DNA of 64,000 nucleotides from Anthoceros angustus. Its lineage: Eukaryota > Plantae > Anthocerotophyta. Of the stretch, positions 35,496-49,800 are shown in pieces. Under the pieces are notes generated by a model, which was not told the DNA's origin, searched no databases, and saw nothing but the letters and a program-made list of their open reading frames with translations. A program made the translations under genes and the position numbers. The stretch's first letter is position 1, and every line of letters starts with the position of its first letter. The stretch spans positions 1,066,369-1,130,368 of the forward strand of contig MU008178.1 in assembly GCA_010909165.1 (NCBI GenBank), in the 5' to 3' direction.

Positions 35496-38400
35496 GGCAA
35501 GAAGCGGCTCAAGCGGACCGGCGAGGAGGAGGAGGAGGGCGAGCGAGGATCGGAGGAAGGGAGAGAGGTGGGACGCATCAATGTCTGAAACGTGGGCACA
35601 GTTGTCAACGGGTAAAGTAAGTAGACTTACCTAAAGTTAAGTTTTATGGTTAAAGTAAAAAGTAGAAAGTTAAAGTAGAGCATACTAATAATAATAATAA
35701 ATATATATACTATAAGGTAAGAAGTATGATAAAATATATAAAAGTAAATGGTTCAAAATTCATATTCACACCATTCATACTCTAGCACAAGATAGCCAAA
35801 TGTACTTTGCCATATGGCACAAAAGTGTGGCACCAAAGCATGCTTGCACCCATTTGGCACTACATCACATATCTGCTACAACAGAGACTCTTTTGAGTCT
35901 TACTTGCTAGCCACAGAACACAAGACTGTTCTCCTGGGAGATGATCACAACCTAACCATAGCAGGTGTAGGTTTTGTTGTATTCAGGTGTGATTCAAGTT
36001 AGACTTTTCTTATTTATGAAGTCCTTTATGTTCCTGCCTTGTGCAAACATTTAGTGTCAATTGCTAGTCTTTGTAGAGAACATACTATGCAGGTGACATT
36101 TTTAACAAATAGCTGTTTCCTCTCATACACAAGATATAGGACTCAAGCCAATTACTGAAGTGTCAGATTTCCGGTCATATGTTTGGCTTATTAGGCAAGG
36201 CCAGAGTGGACACACATATGGGGTGGCAGTAAAGAGATTGATCAATCTGGCCTTGCATAATAGCCAAACATATCGTTCCAGCACCAGTTTAAAATAACTC
36301 GTGAAGAGAAAGCAGACCGTGGGTTTGTGACATTTATCAGGAGCAAGCAGTATTCGACCTCGGCACTGTGGGAAACTGAAGCGGGTTTGGAGTTTTTGAA
36401 ATTTGTGCCTTCAGACACTATAACAGCTGCACCCTTGACTACACTGCGGTCTAGGGATAAAAAAGGCACCTAGACAGTGTTATCACCAACTGCAGGCATT
36501 ACTCATCTAAAGAATGGTCTTTCAGAACTTAGGCCGTATGTGACATCATAGGAGTTTTTATGATGGGAAGCTTTCTGGGTGGACCAAGAAAAGATTGCTA
36601 TTATTATGGAAAACAACATTGGCCTTGTGCTACACAATCCTTGGAAGTGGTACTCAAGGTCAAGTAGAAATGCGGTAACCTCTGCATGTTTTGCATTTAA
36701 GCGCACTCGGAGGAGGCATTGCTGAGGGACCTCCCACGATGAGATATGTAATTAGGAGCATACCAAATGCTGGGGAGGCAACAATAGGAAATGGCACGGT
36801 TGAATGGTGATATCACGGAAATAAAGTAAGGGATGTTTGTTGCAGTTCCCACGGACACAAACACGCATAATAGACCATTTTGGATTGGGAAGGTGACAGG
36901 TGTTAAATTACATGCGCCACAGCCTCACTTCCTTGTTCACTGATGCGTACGAGGGGAGGTACGTAGAAGAATATTTAATCAGAGGGGATGGCAAGGAGGC
37001 TGCAGGGAGTAACCTAGGGAAAAGGGGAGCGAAGGCTCTCCATCGAAAGAATATCCAATAGGTTTTTGTTCACCAAACGGTCATCCTCTATTATGGGTTC
37101 AGCTTGACTACGCGAAAACATTTGTATGTTGTGGACAAGAAGACAATCAAGGATAAGTTAATTGAACTGTAAGGCTTTATTCAACCAGTGAGTCAAAGTG
37201 CCACTGAGTACAATAAAGATGATGTTCATGATGCCGTGCCCAGCGAAGATGATGGCATGGAGTTGGGCGAAGAGTAGGAAACCCTCTTAATGTTAGCTCA
37301 TCTTGGACGGGCATTTGGTGAGGTTATGCGTCAGGCAGGCTCATTTCCTGCGGATTGGAGTGTACATTTCCAAGCGGAGTACATATTTCTCAAAAACGTC
37401 TAGGCCCATGATAGGATTTTGGTTGTGGCTGTCCTTTGTGTGCCGTTGTAGACTTGACATACTTAATACTTACCAATGTTCAAGCCTTTTTCCATTACAT
37501 GCTTAAGGACATGTGGGGAGTGTGCCCGTAGTGCTCGCGTTTCTGCATCTTGTCGAGCAACACACCATGAGCCTGCAGTGTGTTTCTTCGCGATATATAT
37601 CGGTGAAACTAGTTGTCGCACGCCTTTTTTCATTCATCGACTGCGGTCTGTGGGATTGAATCATATGATTATATTTGCTGGCACAATTGAGGCTGTGCTG
37701 AAGCTCTGCCCCCACCCCAAACCCCAAAGACACTTTGTAAACAAATCCCAATATAGGTCTGTGACTATCCGACATTCGCCAGGCATCATCGCAAGGCCAG
37801 TAAAAGGGTGCCGGCCGGCTAGCGTCCTTCCCCTCACACCTGCTTTGCTCCCCGACCGTCAACGGTTCAGCTTGTCCTCCGAATCTCATCACCGTGCCTT
37901 TTAGGGGTCTTTAGGGTTGCAACATGAGAATGACTGACAACAAGGTCTCCTAAGAAGTAGAAACACACTCCACTTTTTAGAGACTGACGTCCATTTGGTC
38001 ACATTCGACCTACAAATTGAAAACCAATCTCTGGATTGGGTGCTTTTCCAAAAACCAAGGGCAAAAACCACACTATTTCCATTTCCCGTAGTTGTCAAAA
38101 GCACCTTTTCTACCTTTTTGATGTCTTTTGACCCTGTTAAGAAAGGTCCATGGTTGGATCAAGTTGGAAAATACCCCAGTTTTAAGGATTTTTAAGGGCA
38201 TTTTCACAAAAACCGGTTGTCATTTTGAATCTGTACATTTCTGACAATTTCCGAACCAATGTGCTAAGTTGAAAACTGCAATGATACCTCAATATGCTAA
38301 CACTTTTTTTTTTGTACACATTGGTCCAAGTATGCCCGACATCCTGCCCTTACCGATCGCAAGGTTGTGGCACCATAAAAAACAATAAGGATATGTGTCT

Positions 38401-40344
38401 TCATATCAACTGGTCGAAACACAAACATGCATGCACACATCTGATTTGGTACTATAGTGGGAGACTAGAGGTATAAGACACCAAGATCCCACATGGGCCA
38501 TATGCCCAACTATATGTCCGCGTTCCAAATTATACAAAAATGCTCACATATATCAAAAAGAAAAGTGCCCTGGCACCATATAACCGATACCGGACAACCG
38601 GTCACTTTTCGAATTTTGTCAAGTGACCCATACTCATAAGCGAGACTAGGGTGTCGACCTAGGTTGGATCCGCAGCCTAAGCCAAGACAAGGTTTTCAAT
38701 ATAGTCGCCAAAGGCACCTGGACATCGTGACCTTTGCACCACATTGTCCGCATAAAGCCAACAATTTACGCCCACCATCAAGTATGATCAAGTTTGAAGT
38801 TCACGGCCTGCACCTAGCACTCCACCCACACCAAAACAAGCCTATCCTAGCTTCTGGCTCCCAAAAAAGGAGGGACATCATCACAGCCTCGCCTCCAGAC
38901 ATCAACCTCCGCCTATATGTTGGCACCTACATACATGAATCCACAGGCTCACGAAGACTAGCATACATAAAGCATACGTGGCTCCCAAAAAAAGGAGGAT
39001 ATCATCACAGCTCGCCCAAGACATCAACCTCCCGCCTATATGTTGGCACCTACATACATGAAGGTAGCAATCATCATTGGCTCACAAAGATATGGCAACA
39101 AAGAATGACAATAAAGACCATCAATAAGATAAAACAAAGAAAAAGCAAAATCAACAACTAAAGCGAGACAAAGAACAACAACCGATGATGTAATGAATTG
39201 AAACACCTACTACCAAAAGCCTTCACTCACCACAGGCTCCGGCTCACATCGAACCCCATACCGCCAATGCCTTGGCACTGCTTTCCGCCGCCATTACAAG
39301 CGCAGCTCCCTCCGACGCCTTCTTGCCCACACCGCCTCTCGCCTCCAACTCCTCCTTCGGACAACTCCCTGCCTGCTCAGCTTTACGGCCGATATGGCCT
39401 GAACCTCCGCAGCTCCATCTCAGCTGCCTTCACCTCCTTCCTAGCCAATGTGAGATCATGGGAGATGTCGCGTGGCCTCACAACCCCTCCCTCCTCTAGG
39501 AAAGAGTCCTCACCTCCTCGGGGCTCCCTCAAAGAAACCCTTATCCCCACCTCCCCCCTGTGGAACCACGCAGAGGCTTTGGGAGTGGCAAACGGATGCC
39601 ACTGGAAGAAGGGTTGGCCACCAATTGGTGATGATGCCTCGGGAGGGATGCCCCCACGACGCTTCCTCAAAGTGGATCTCCTCCTGGCCCTCTTCTCTGC
39701 AATGTTTGCAGCTGTGACCTGTGGTGGGGACTGATAGCCGCCACGCCCGTCCTCATATAGGCTGATTGATGCACTCAACACTCTAACACCGTCTGGTGGG
39801 CGTGGTTTCGCTCACCAGCATGCAAACTGGATAATTGACACACAGATGGATTCTTCCTCCGCGTGCGGCGCATCCAAAACCAAAACACAGGAGGTGGTTC
39901 TAGGCGGAGATGGAGAGTAAATCAGTATGGCAAAGGGCCAAAATACCACATGGCGTGTTGAGTTTCGCTCCCGGCTAACACACTAGCTCAAAGTCGCTGC
40001 ACCTGCTCTCGAACGAGCCTGCACCAATCACAAAAACCCAAATGCTGGCCGAAACAAGCGTAATGCTCACCACAATTAGAACAACGAGCTTTAGCGGACA
40101 TCCGTGCAAAAGCCACAATGCATCGACATCAAAGCCACAATGCATCAAAACTCTATGCCAAAACATGAACACGGGATCACACATCCACATATACCCTAAA
40201 CATCGATGTCACGACTATGTATTCACTATCCTCGACCTCAGCACTCTCTCTGGTCCAACCTCGAAATTCTGAATCCTTGGTGGGTTAAGATCGGCTCCTC
40301 ACGGGTCCACACCTTCCAGCAAGTCTACCAAATAAATAATCAAG

Positions 40345-42491
40345 CGGATGCATCGGAAGATTCAACGTTGTCCAAGTCTTTGAATCAATTAGTTCGTCAC
40401 CACTTGCTTCACCATCAATAGGAGGAAGCAAAGCGGTTCCTCACTTGGCTCTGCTTTCGTAACTCAAGATCTTCCTCCTCAAAGATGTCCATTGTGTCTT
40501 TGCTCAAAGTCTTGTTCTCGTCAACTCGAAATCATAACCCATGATTGTGGTCTCCAAAAGCTTGATTGGTTGCACATGTTTCTTCAAAGGGTGCTGCGTC
40601 GACCTTTTCTGCCGGAGGGTTGGCACCCACTCTTCCTAATACCTACCCTCCAATGCATTAGGGTTTTGCGCCACCTGGACTTGCGCTCTTGGTCAGGACA
40701 ACTCTTGGTCCGGTGACTATGGTCTACATCCACAACCTTACCCACCAGAATGACGTCGGATCATCTCCACTGGACCGCAATCATCATGCCACCGGATCTA
40801 CATGCTTGTGGAGTGATTTTCTAAACCAAGTGGTCACAAAGAGGCCACATTTACCCTCTTTATCGTTGTAGACTTGAGATTCGTACCCAAGGGAGTGATT
40901 TCGTGTCAAGACAACCAAAACATAGCCAATCCAACCAAACACGACACACCAAACATCTAGCGATGCACGGACTACCCTAACAACACTCGGACTGGCTATC
41001 TTAGCCACGCCTGACTGATGCCACCCACGATGACCCGGTTGCTAACTTAGCAACCCTCTATTTCTAGCGAGGGGTCCACCTTGGGATCAGTCGGCTATTA
41101 ATAGGGTGGGTCCCAGTCGGATCCAAGTGGATAAGGCTGATCTCTCTCTCTCTCTCTCTCTCTCTTACTCATCCACAAAGTTAGATCCACCAATCGGGAT
41201 TACCGCCTCAACTCTTTTCCCTCACTCTTGCAGATTTCTTGACTTCCTTGCCTCGTCCAGCCTTTCAGCTCACCTTGCTCCAGACCTTCCAGACTCACAC
41301 CTTGAGGTGCCTCGCAGCCTCCCACACTCCAAGTTTCAGCTCTCTCTCAACTCTCCTTGTTCTCACACCTCACCCATTCAATCTCCACTTCCACAGCCTC
41401 CTCTCCAGTCCTTACAAGGTTCTCATCCAGACCTTACAGCCCTTCACCAACTCTCAAAATACTTGTTCACTACCTCCCACAATCATTCCATCTCATCCAC
41501 TCACGGATCTTCAACCTCCACTCACAGCTCTCTTCTTCAGAACACAAACATCACTTAGACTTCTCCATTCCTTCTTACTCCTCTCAAACAGCCAATCAGC
41601 AACTCTCCATGTCGATTCTCCACTTCTCTCACAGTTCACTTTTCCTCTCATTTTCCAAACACACAAGCCAGCCTCAACTCACTCCCTTCCTTCCCTCCAC
41701 ACACACGGCTCCTTGTCTTCTTACACGACCTTGACAAAAACTTAAACACAAGGTGAGTACTAGACAAAGCAGAGAATGAGTAAGGAGGGACAGCCTCCCG
41801 GCTTCACCCCTTCCTCTTGACCTTGAGGACTCCCTCCAAGGAGACCACAAGGCTCCTCCCTTGCTTTCCACCACTCTTGCGGATGCCACAGATCCGGGCA
41901 ACAGGTCTTCGTCACAGAGAGAAGGTGCTAGGCTTACAAAGACTGGATCTGAACCCCCAAACCCCGTGCTCAGCCCCAAACACCGAGACTTAGGCCAACA
42001 TTGCTTACATTTCATCAAGAGGTGCCTCTTATACCCAAGATCACCCACAAAAGCTTTGCCAAAATACCAATCGCCACTGGACCGCAATCATCATGCTAAC
42101 TGGATCTCAGATCCTACTGTCTTGCTTTTGTTCAGACGTTCCTTCTTGGCGGTCTGTGTAAATGTAAACCTCTCGCTCATGTCCAAATATCGTCTAGCTA
42201 GTGTAGCGTCCACTATCACTTCATCTGGAAGAGCCACTTGGGTTCTTGAGAATGCTCCTCCAGTTATACCATTTCCATGTTGTTTCCAATGGACGAAGAG
42301 CACCAGATTCTACTACACCCGCTATAATATGGCTCTTCCAAAGACCATCCCACCGAGCGGCGGTAACCATTGAAGACTTGTGGAGTTAAAACGATTGTCT
42401 GTCTTCCACTCCAGCAATAGCCCTATCAGGCTGCACCTCTGCATGTTCTCTTTGGCCCTTGGATTTCGCCCTCACCTGCAGTGGCAGTAGT
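40345..42491 (-). pseudogene. Probable 3' continuation of the Sola-like transposase gene at 59.8-61.0 kb
   Basis: Removing 42492-59764 plus one AGT joins an open frame (..GVPREEIIAAPL/LPLQVRAKSKGQREH..); coding-like patches and an acidic tail end near 40345; interrupted by a CT-rich block at about 41000-41760. Confidence 0.4.
41139..41164. repeat. (CT)n microsatellite starting a pyrimidine-rich block (to about 41750)
   Basis: Direct CT run; the block ends at a strong plus-strand donor-like AAG/GTGAGT. Confidence 0.85.
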
Positions 42492-44099
42492 CATTACTAG
42501 GAAAAGTATACTTTTACCATGGACATTACTACGGACTTTACAACGGTCATTACTACTCCCGTAGTAAAATATCAGTAGTAAACACATAGCATTAGTGTCC
42601 GTGGTAAAGTCCAGTGCATCGTATATGATGGCTATACTCTGTATTCTATACGAAGTATGTACGGAGTACGTTAATGAAGTCTACCGTATACTAGTTAATC
42701 TTTAAATTACCATACCTTTTACCACGGTATTTACTACATTGAACAACCACGGACTTTACTACTGGCCTAATCGTGGTTAAAAATAATGGTTAGTTCACCG
42801 AGATTAGCTAACTACAATATATTAATTGCAATTAAATTAGTGGGTTTGGTTAATCACATGTTCATCATAGTTAATTAATCACGGTTAAGTAATCCGACAG
42901 TCGTTGTAAATTCCCGCTGGGCACCGTTGTAAATCTCTCCATTGTAGAAAAAGACCCTGTAGTAATATTTTATAGTAAATATTCGTAGTAAAATTCTGTA
43001 GTAAACATCGTAGTTAACATATATAGTAGAATTCTATAGTAATAATACGTAGTAAAATTCTATAGTAAAAGTATGTTGTAAAATTCTATAGTAAAAAGTT
43101 TGTAGTAAATTTCAAGTCTGCTAGATGCCCAGACAGCTGTTCAAACATGTAAAGGTGGTTGTACGCAGCACCATGTTTGAACTTAACCCGACTGATCATG
43201 CCATTGACAGATAACTTGAAATCCCGTAAGGACTGGGTACGTGGTCTCCCTGAAAACCTCTCATGCCTGTAGGTTGCTCCTCCCTCCATGTCGTCCGAGT
43301 CTTCAAAATACTCGGCTGTGGACGCCTAATATATGGTCATTCACGGATGAGAGCCCAAGGTCCGTGACGAAGAGCCCACCCGGGTTGACAAATGGGATTG
43401 CCCCCAAGGGTGTATGGCCCAAGGCTGCTGCAAGAACTCAGCGTGACTCCTCCTCGTAGTAGCTTCGAAGTCAAATGGAGCTTTCTCTCCCTCCAAATCT
43501 GAAGTCCCAGGGGTGAGGAAACCTCTAAATGGGGACCAGCTTGTTTGCCTTCTTGTTGAGGGTGATGGGGTCGGCCGGCTTCCACAAACTCCCAAGCTTG
43601 CTCCTGCCTTTTGGCTGCCCTCCTCCGTCGTGTGTATGCACGTCTAAGTGGGGTGCTTTTGTCCGAGGATGTCAGCGGGATCTCGATGCATGAGGTGGTC
43701 TCATGCTCCTCAGTTGCATTCCCCATGAACACGCAATGAACAAAAGGTCAGCTAGCTAGGCTGGAAGAGGAAAAGAAGGCAAGCTAACACTGCGTCGAGG
43801 GTTCGCTAAAGCCGAGCCAGACAAGTCTAGAAGCTGTGAAATGTCAAAGTCACAGTGCAAAAAGGACATGAGGGGCCAGGTCTAAAAGCTAAGCTAAGAG
43901 CTAGGCTACATGTAATGAGAGACACAAGTGCCGGTGTCCATAAGAGCCCTAGCCCCTATGCTACAACAAGAGGGGTGTTGGCTGCAAAATAACCAACATT
44001 CCCCATGAAACCCTAGATGACCAAATCCTCCAAGGCATTCAGTCCCTGGATTTCAATTGAAATTGAACAAAACTTATATCAATAGATTTGTCTCAAGAG

Positions 44100-44520
44100 G
44101 CAAACAATCAGTATGAATCAAAGGCAACCAACCTCTGTGGTGGGCGCTGAGCTCTAGAAGGCTGGGACAGCTTCTGCGGTGGAATCTTTCTGCTGCTGCT
44201 AGCGATAGATAGGTGTGTTGGTGATGCCGCCTTGCTGTGGTTACTGGCCGCCTCCACCAATCTGATCGCTAAGCTCTTGCATGCCATGCTCCAGTTGATA
44301 TTAATTTTGATTGAGTGAAGATTGCCTCTTGCGCATCGAGAAATGTGAGGGCTCATCATGTTGCAGCTATGAGCACTGTAAATCACGCCATAGCACGCAC
44401 CACAAGAAGAAATTTTGCTGAGAACATGCTCGACTTGAACCCCAATCTCAAAAGAACATGACTTCCCAAGGTTCTCTTGGGTGTCACCGAGTGCTTGCAG
44501 CGCAGTGACTAACGACTCCT
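44100..44520 (-). pseudogene. Possible decayed Gypsy gag fragment
   Basis: Weak motifs GDTQENL.SHVL and LVVRAMA*FTVL spread across frames. Confidence 0.3.
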
Positions 44521-45049
44521 ACCCTTTGTCTCTTTTGTCTAGCGCCAGCCATCATCTCCACGATCCAATCTCTCGTTGAGTTGGCTTCACGCCCTTGCAT
44601 CAGCAACAGACTGCTCCTTTCCATGATGCCTTGCTGGGTCACCTAGGTTTTGCTATCCTCCCACGTTGGGCATCAGGGCTACACCAACAACAAGTTCGAA
44701 AATAGCCAGCATGTGTTCTTACCTAACCTGCCTGAAAACATCTAGCTTGTTCTAAACTAGTTTGCAAAATATCTAGTTCACCTAGATTCATTCATCCTAG
44801 CATTAATTTGGGAAATGTATTTGTTGTCCTATTGGGTCTATGCACGCTTAGGTGCATCACTTCCATCCAAAATTGGGAGTGATAACTTGCTAAGTACATG
44901 GTGGTAAAAACGGGGTTTTTTTTAAATCCGTTTCACATAGGCCTTCAAATATCTCGGTTTGGTGTAGCGTGGTCCGTGGGTTTAGTTGTGGCTTGCGCTT
45001 ACTTTTGTGGAAGTGGGCCTTGAGATAAAAATGAGGTTACTGTGTTGTG

Positions 45050-45350
45050 TGTGGCCGGGTTGGAGGTGCAGGAGTTGGAGGTGTCTTGGGAGTTGGAGGT
45101 GTGTTGGGGTTGGAGGTGTGTTGGGGTTGGAGGTGTGCGGAGTTGGAGGTGTCTTGGGAGTTGGAGGTGTGTTGGGGTTGGAGGTGTGCGGAGTTGGAGG
45201 TGTCTTGGGAGTTGGAGGTGTGTTGGGGTTGGAGGTGCAGGAGTTGGAGGTGTCTTGGGAGTTGGAGGTGTCTTGGGAGTTGGAGGTGTCTTGGGAGTTG
45301 GAGGTGTGTTGGGGTTGGAGGTGTGCGGAGTTGGAGGTGTTGGAAGAGGC
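45050..45350 (+). repeat. G-rich variable 16-18-bp minisatellite (core TTGGAGGTG); related array at about 46400-46580
   Basis: GGAGTTGGAGGTGTCTTG and GGGTTGGAGGTGTGTT units are interspersed. Confidence 0.9.
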
Positions 45351-46844
45351 GGCGGGCGGTTTAGGGTTGACCTCCTCAGGAGGGACATGTCCTTGCGGAC
45401 TTTGCCCTGTAGCCGGATCTGGCCGCCGAGGGCGGGCTTCCTTTGCCTCGGCGTCGAGTTCGGCCCTCGCAGCCCCTCGTGCTTCTATCTTTCCCTTGCC
45501 GTGGTGGCTGCGACAACAGTGAGTGTGACATGATCATTTCACCACCTTCGATGTCATCCATTGTGAACATCTACGCCCTCTGAATTGGGAGGAGAGCCAT
45601 GTGAGTCCGTGAGAGAGCAAGGTAGGGTTTTGGCTTTTGTTGGGAGGACCGTCCTCAGATGTGGTGGAAGTGGACTCGTGCTCGGGTTGATTGGACTTTT
45701 TTTGCGGCTTGCCAACTTGTATGGATCCCTCTACTCCGCCCGATGGACTCATGAGGCACGGAGTTCCTTCGCCTTCATGTTGTGCTCTCTAACTCCACGA
45801 GGACTCACCGCGGCGTAGAAGGCTCCCAGAGCTCTGGTCTTGGCGTGAAGATCGGTGGAGGGATTGGCGAGAAAAGGCTTCCCCTCTTGGAGGAGTGACC
45901 CTGATCATGGTGGTGAGGTGCACGGCCTTATCGGTCCCTCGGGGAGTGGAGGCAGCGGTCTGGTGCAGGCGGATGTGGGAGCCGCTGTGTTTTCGATGGA
46001 AGCAGCGTCACACAATTGGATGTGATCCGATGTGGTGGATCGGGTTGGAGGTGTCTTGGAGTCATGGTCCTCCTTGTGGTGGAAGTGCAAGACTTGAGTC
46101 TCGGGTTGATTGGACTTTTTCCATTCCCACAACCATCACGGATGACATCCTGCGTTGGGACAACGTAGAGCTCCGCTTTTGAGGCCTCCATTGTCATTGC
46201 TTGAGAAGAAACAAACGGCTTGTGCACTTGAATTCCACATTGATTTGGCACATGGTGATGGTAACGTGATGCGCATTGGGCTAATCGTTGTTTGGTTTTT
46301 GTGTTGTAGAGTGAAGGCGATCTGTAATCATGGAGTGGAGGCCGTTGGGGAGATGCGTGTGGTCTTGTGGTGAATTGGGAGGGTTGGCAATATGGAAGTT
46401 GGGTGTCCGGGGTTGGAGGTGTGTTGGGGTTGGAGGTGCCGAGAGGAGGTGGGAGTTGGAGGTGCAGGAGTTGGAGGTGTCTGGGAGTTGGAGGTGCAGG
46501 AGTTGGAGGTGTCTTGGAGTTGGAGGTGTGCGGAGTTTGTGGTGTGCCAATGGTGGAGGTGTGCGGAGTCACGAGGTGTCTTTGGAGTGTGAGTTCTTTG
46601 GAGTCATGGTCCTCCTTGTGGTGGATCGGGTTGGAGCCGATGTGGTGGCTTTACGGAGATGGACTGCCACAGGGATGGACCTCTTTATTGGAGAAAGAAG
46701 ACAGAAGGATGTTGGTGGTGGTTCTTTGGAGAGAAGGGAGTGAAAGATGGAAGGATGTTATGTATGTTTCGGTTTTCATGGATTTGATCCACCATCCGGC
46801 CCGGGCGCTAACTGCCGCTTTCGCTTTGTTGGCGAGTTAACAAT

Positions 46845-49800
46845 ATGGTTGACTTTGAAGAGATGAGTTTGTTTCGAGGAAGGCGCAAGAAGGCGGAGGT
46901 GCGTGAAAGGACCGAACATGTCAAGAAGTTGCAAGGAAAGCCTGTGAATGTCTGGGACTGGAAAGAAGAAGATGGCACACTCTGTAGTGCTGGTTTCAAC
47001 GTTAGGGACATTTCATACACTGATATTCTGAAAGATCTTATTGGTGGTGACGAGTTCATCGTCAGTGTGTTTGGGCCGATAGCTGGGAAGAATGAAGGAT
47101 TCAAGTGGATGGTGCTCCAAGTGGATGGTGCTCCAAGTGGATGGTGCTCCAAGTGGATGGTGCTCCAAGTGGATGGTGCTCCAAGTGGATGGTGCTCCAA
47201 GTGGATGGTGCTCCAAGTGGATGGTGCTCCAAGTGGATGGTGCTCCAAGTGGATGGTGCTCCAAGTGGATGGTGCTCCAAGTGGATGGTGCTCCAAGTGG
47301 ATGCTTAATCAAGAAGTGAAGACAACCAAGAAAGGGCCATGGGAGGAGTGGGGTGTGGTTGAAGAGCGAACAAAAAAAAGAAGATGCGTGCGAGGATGTT
47401 CTTGTGGAGGACAACTAGGAAGTTGAGGTACATATGTTTGTGGATGGCGGTCAAGCAGAAGGGGACCTTCCTGGCGAGGAGAGTATTAGCCAGCGGACAC
47501 GCTCTCATGCTCGAGAGTCCAAGGTGCTAGCCTCTTCAGTAGAACAGATTCAGGCAGCGAAAGCCCATCCGGGACAGGAAGAGCTTGAAACAAAGCAGGC
47601 CATGGTGGAAACTGCTGCGACCAAAGATCCGGTGGAGTCAACTTCTCATGATGAGGTTGCGCACGAATTCATACACGGAGCATAAATGTGTGTGGCTCGA
47701 GAGCAAGTCCAGGACTTGGCCTATGTTTAGACGTCATGGCACCTTCTTGGAAGGTTCTCTAGAGGATCTTGTAGTTGTTACAGAGCAGGTGAAGCATAAA
47801 GAGAAAGTTCTCTTGGAGGTCCGTGAGGAAGTTGACAAGCGGGGTTGCGAACCGGCCTTGGAGAAGTATGAGCCGAGAGTCAACCAGTCAAGAAGTGAAG
47901 ACAACCAAGATTAGTTCTTTGGAGAAAAGGGAGGAGAGCTTGGTGTCCGAACTTGCCATGTGCGGTCGCACACGGCTAAGGAGTCTGTGGAGATATGGAG
48001 AAAAGGGGTGGCGCAAAGCATGAGCAAGACATAGCGGCACACCGTGAACTATCTTCCTTGATGAGGCGACCAGGCCTCTTTGGCCACCCTTGGATTGAAG
48101 CCCGCTTGTCAGAGGTCTGGGAGTTGAAGCGAATGCACATGTCCCTTATGTACGGTATGTTGCGTGATGAAGTTTGGCTGTCACCTCTTTCTTATCAATG
48201 GTCTGAATCCTAATTTTGGATAAATGCATAGTACACCATGTGTATGTGCAATGTAAGTACGAATCGCGCTGATTGCTTTGTTGTGCTACCAGTCTTTTAT
48301 GGTGTCGTACTGTGGTGGTCAGTCCGAATGTGGATGGTGGTGATCTGGACCAGTAGCTGTCGTGTTCTATGATAGTGCAGTCTGTTCAAGTGGATGGTGC
48401 TGTTGTGGGCCACTAGCTGTCGTGTTCTGTGATAGTGCAGTGTGCTCCAAGTGGATGGTGCTCCAAGTGAGGTGGTAGTTATGGTGGTGCACTGATTATG
48501 GTGCTTTGGAGCACCTTCCACGTGATAGTGATAATTATGGATATTATGGTGCTTTGGAGCACCTTCCAGTGAGTGGTAGCACCACCTTCGCGCGCTATGT
48601 TCAGTGGAGATGTCATGGTGCCGGTTTGTAGTGGTCTAGGTTGAAGTGGATGCTTAATCAAGTGCATGTGGGTGAAGTAGGCCACCACTTGAAGTGGCCT
48701 TGTGCAGGTGGTATGGGGCACATAACTTTTCATTCCTTCCTTGTGGACACTCCTACCACGACTTTTGCCTCTACCAGCATTTGAGGGAGAGCAGTGCCTG
48801 TGCTTTTCGTTCTTGTGGCTTAGAGGTTCCCCGCACATGGTTGATGGCAAAGGGCTGGGCTTCTAGTGCTACGTGTGTGTCATCTAACATGGCTGAAGAC
48901 TGGGAAGCCATACAGTTGGAGGAGTGGGGTGCTGAATTTTATGACACTATTGTAGTTTTAGGCGGACTAGGAAGTCGGCTGGAGAGAGTGCAGGCTTCTT
49001 TGATGTTGCCAACACCGCATCTGCGCGGCGGCATCACCAAAGGGAGGTTCTTCCCTACGGTTTCGCCATTTTGGACACACGAAGCAGGGACACTGGGGTG
49101 CATGCACGCCAAGATATCTGGATTGCGGTATCGGGTTGAGTGCCTCCCCGGAAAAAGTGGTGGCCAATTTGTGGCACAGGGAAATCGATGACCATGTGTC
49201 CAATTAATCAAGAAGTAGTGATGGTGGAGCGAGACTCCATCGATCGGATGATGTATGTGGGCAACCAAGAAAGGGCCAGGGGAGACTACGGAACGAGCTT
49301 GCTTGAGCCAGGTATTGGCTATTGGCGAGAAGGCGGTGGTGGATATGATGGCCGTTTTAGGAGGTATACACCATATGGAGAATCCTGGCAATGATGGAGC
49401 ATCTGGTGGAACATGTGGGGTGACTGTAAGCAAGGCGCCAACATCCGAAGTTGTGCCGAAGGAGGAACAACCAGCCCCAGCAATCCAAACTGGTGGTTGC
49501 ACTTGAGGGGGGGCCACATGAGCTGTCCAAACTAGTGGTTGCACTTGAGGGGGGGTCACATGAGCTGTCACAACCTCTGGACCTAGCTGTGCAGGTCCCG
49601 GGTGCACCACTGTCACAATCTCAACAGAAATCAGGGGACATAATAGTAGTCCCTTCATCTCTTGAGCCCCACGCATCTAGGGATGTGTTGCTTGAATACC
49701 ATGCTGCACATTCGCTTGGCATCCATGTGCCAGGTCTGCCTGACCATACACAAGCAGGTTGTGGTGAGGTCGCACTTGCTGAGCATCCCACATCGAGCTC

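Larger units (their letters stand above)
29533..36130 (+). mobile_element. 5' part of a Ty1/Copia element (LTR about 29533-29734, PBS, gag, protease) interrupted by a 4.1-kb insert
   Basis: ..CA followed by the tRNA-iMet PBS TGGTATCAGAGC at 29735-29746; gag FNGKDYDIWALRM...LLSSLPPSY; knuckle CNWCRIPNHLKKDC; protease WYLD at 31700-31711 resuming at 35856 as GTTSHICYNRDSF...VLYVPALCKHLVSI. Confidence 0.9.

Noticed and set aside
44986-45533. Long ORFs such as GVGGVLG.., PTPHL.. and 57817-58329
   Set aside because: They arise from stop-free low-complexity repeats and show no protein signature.
47102-47304. CRISPR-like interpretation of the short repeat arrays (also 139-324, 17286-17530, 18790-18970)
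   Set aside because: Units are head-to-tail with no unique spacers, there are no cas genes, and the context is eukaryotic.
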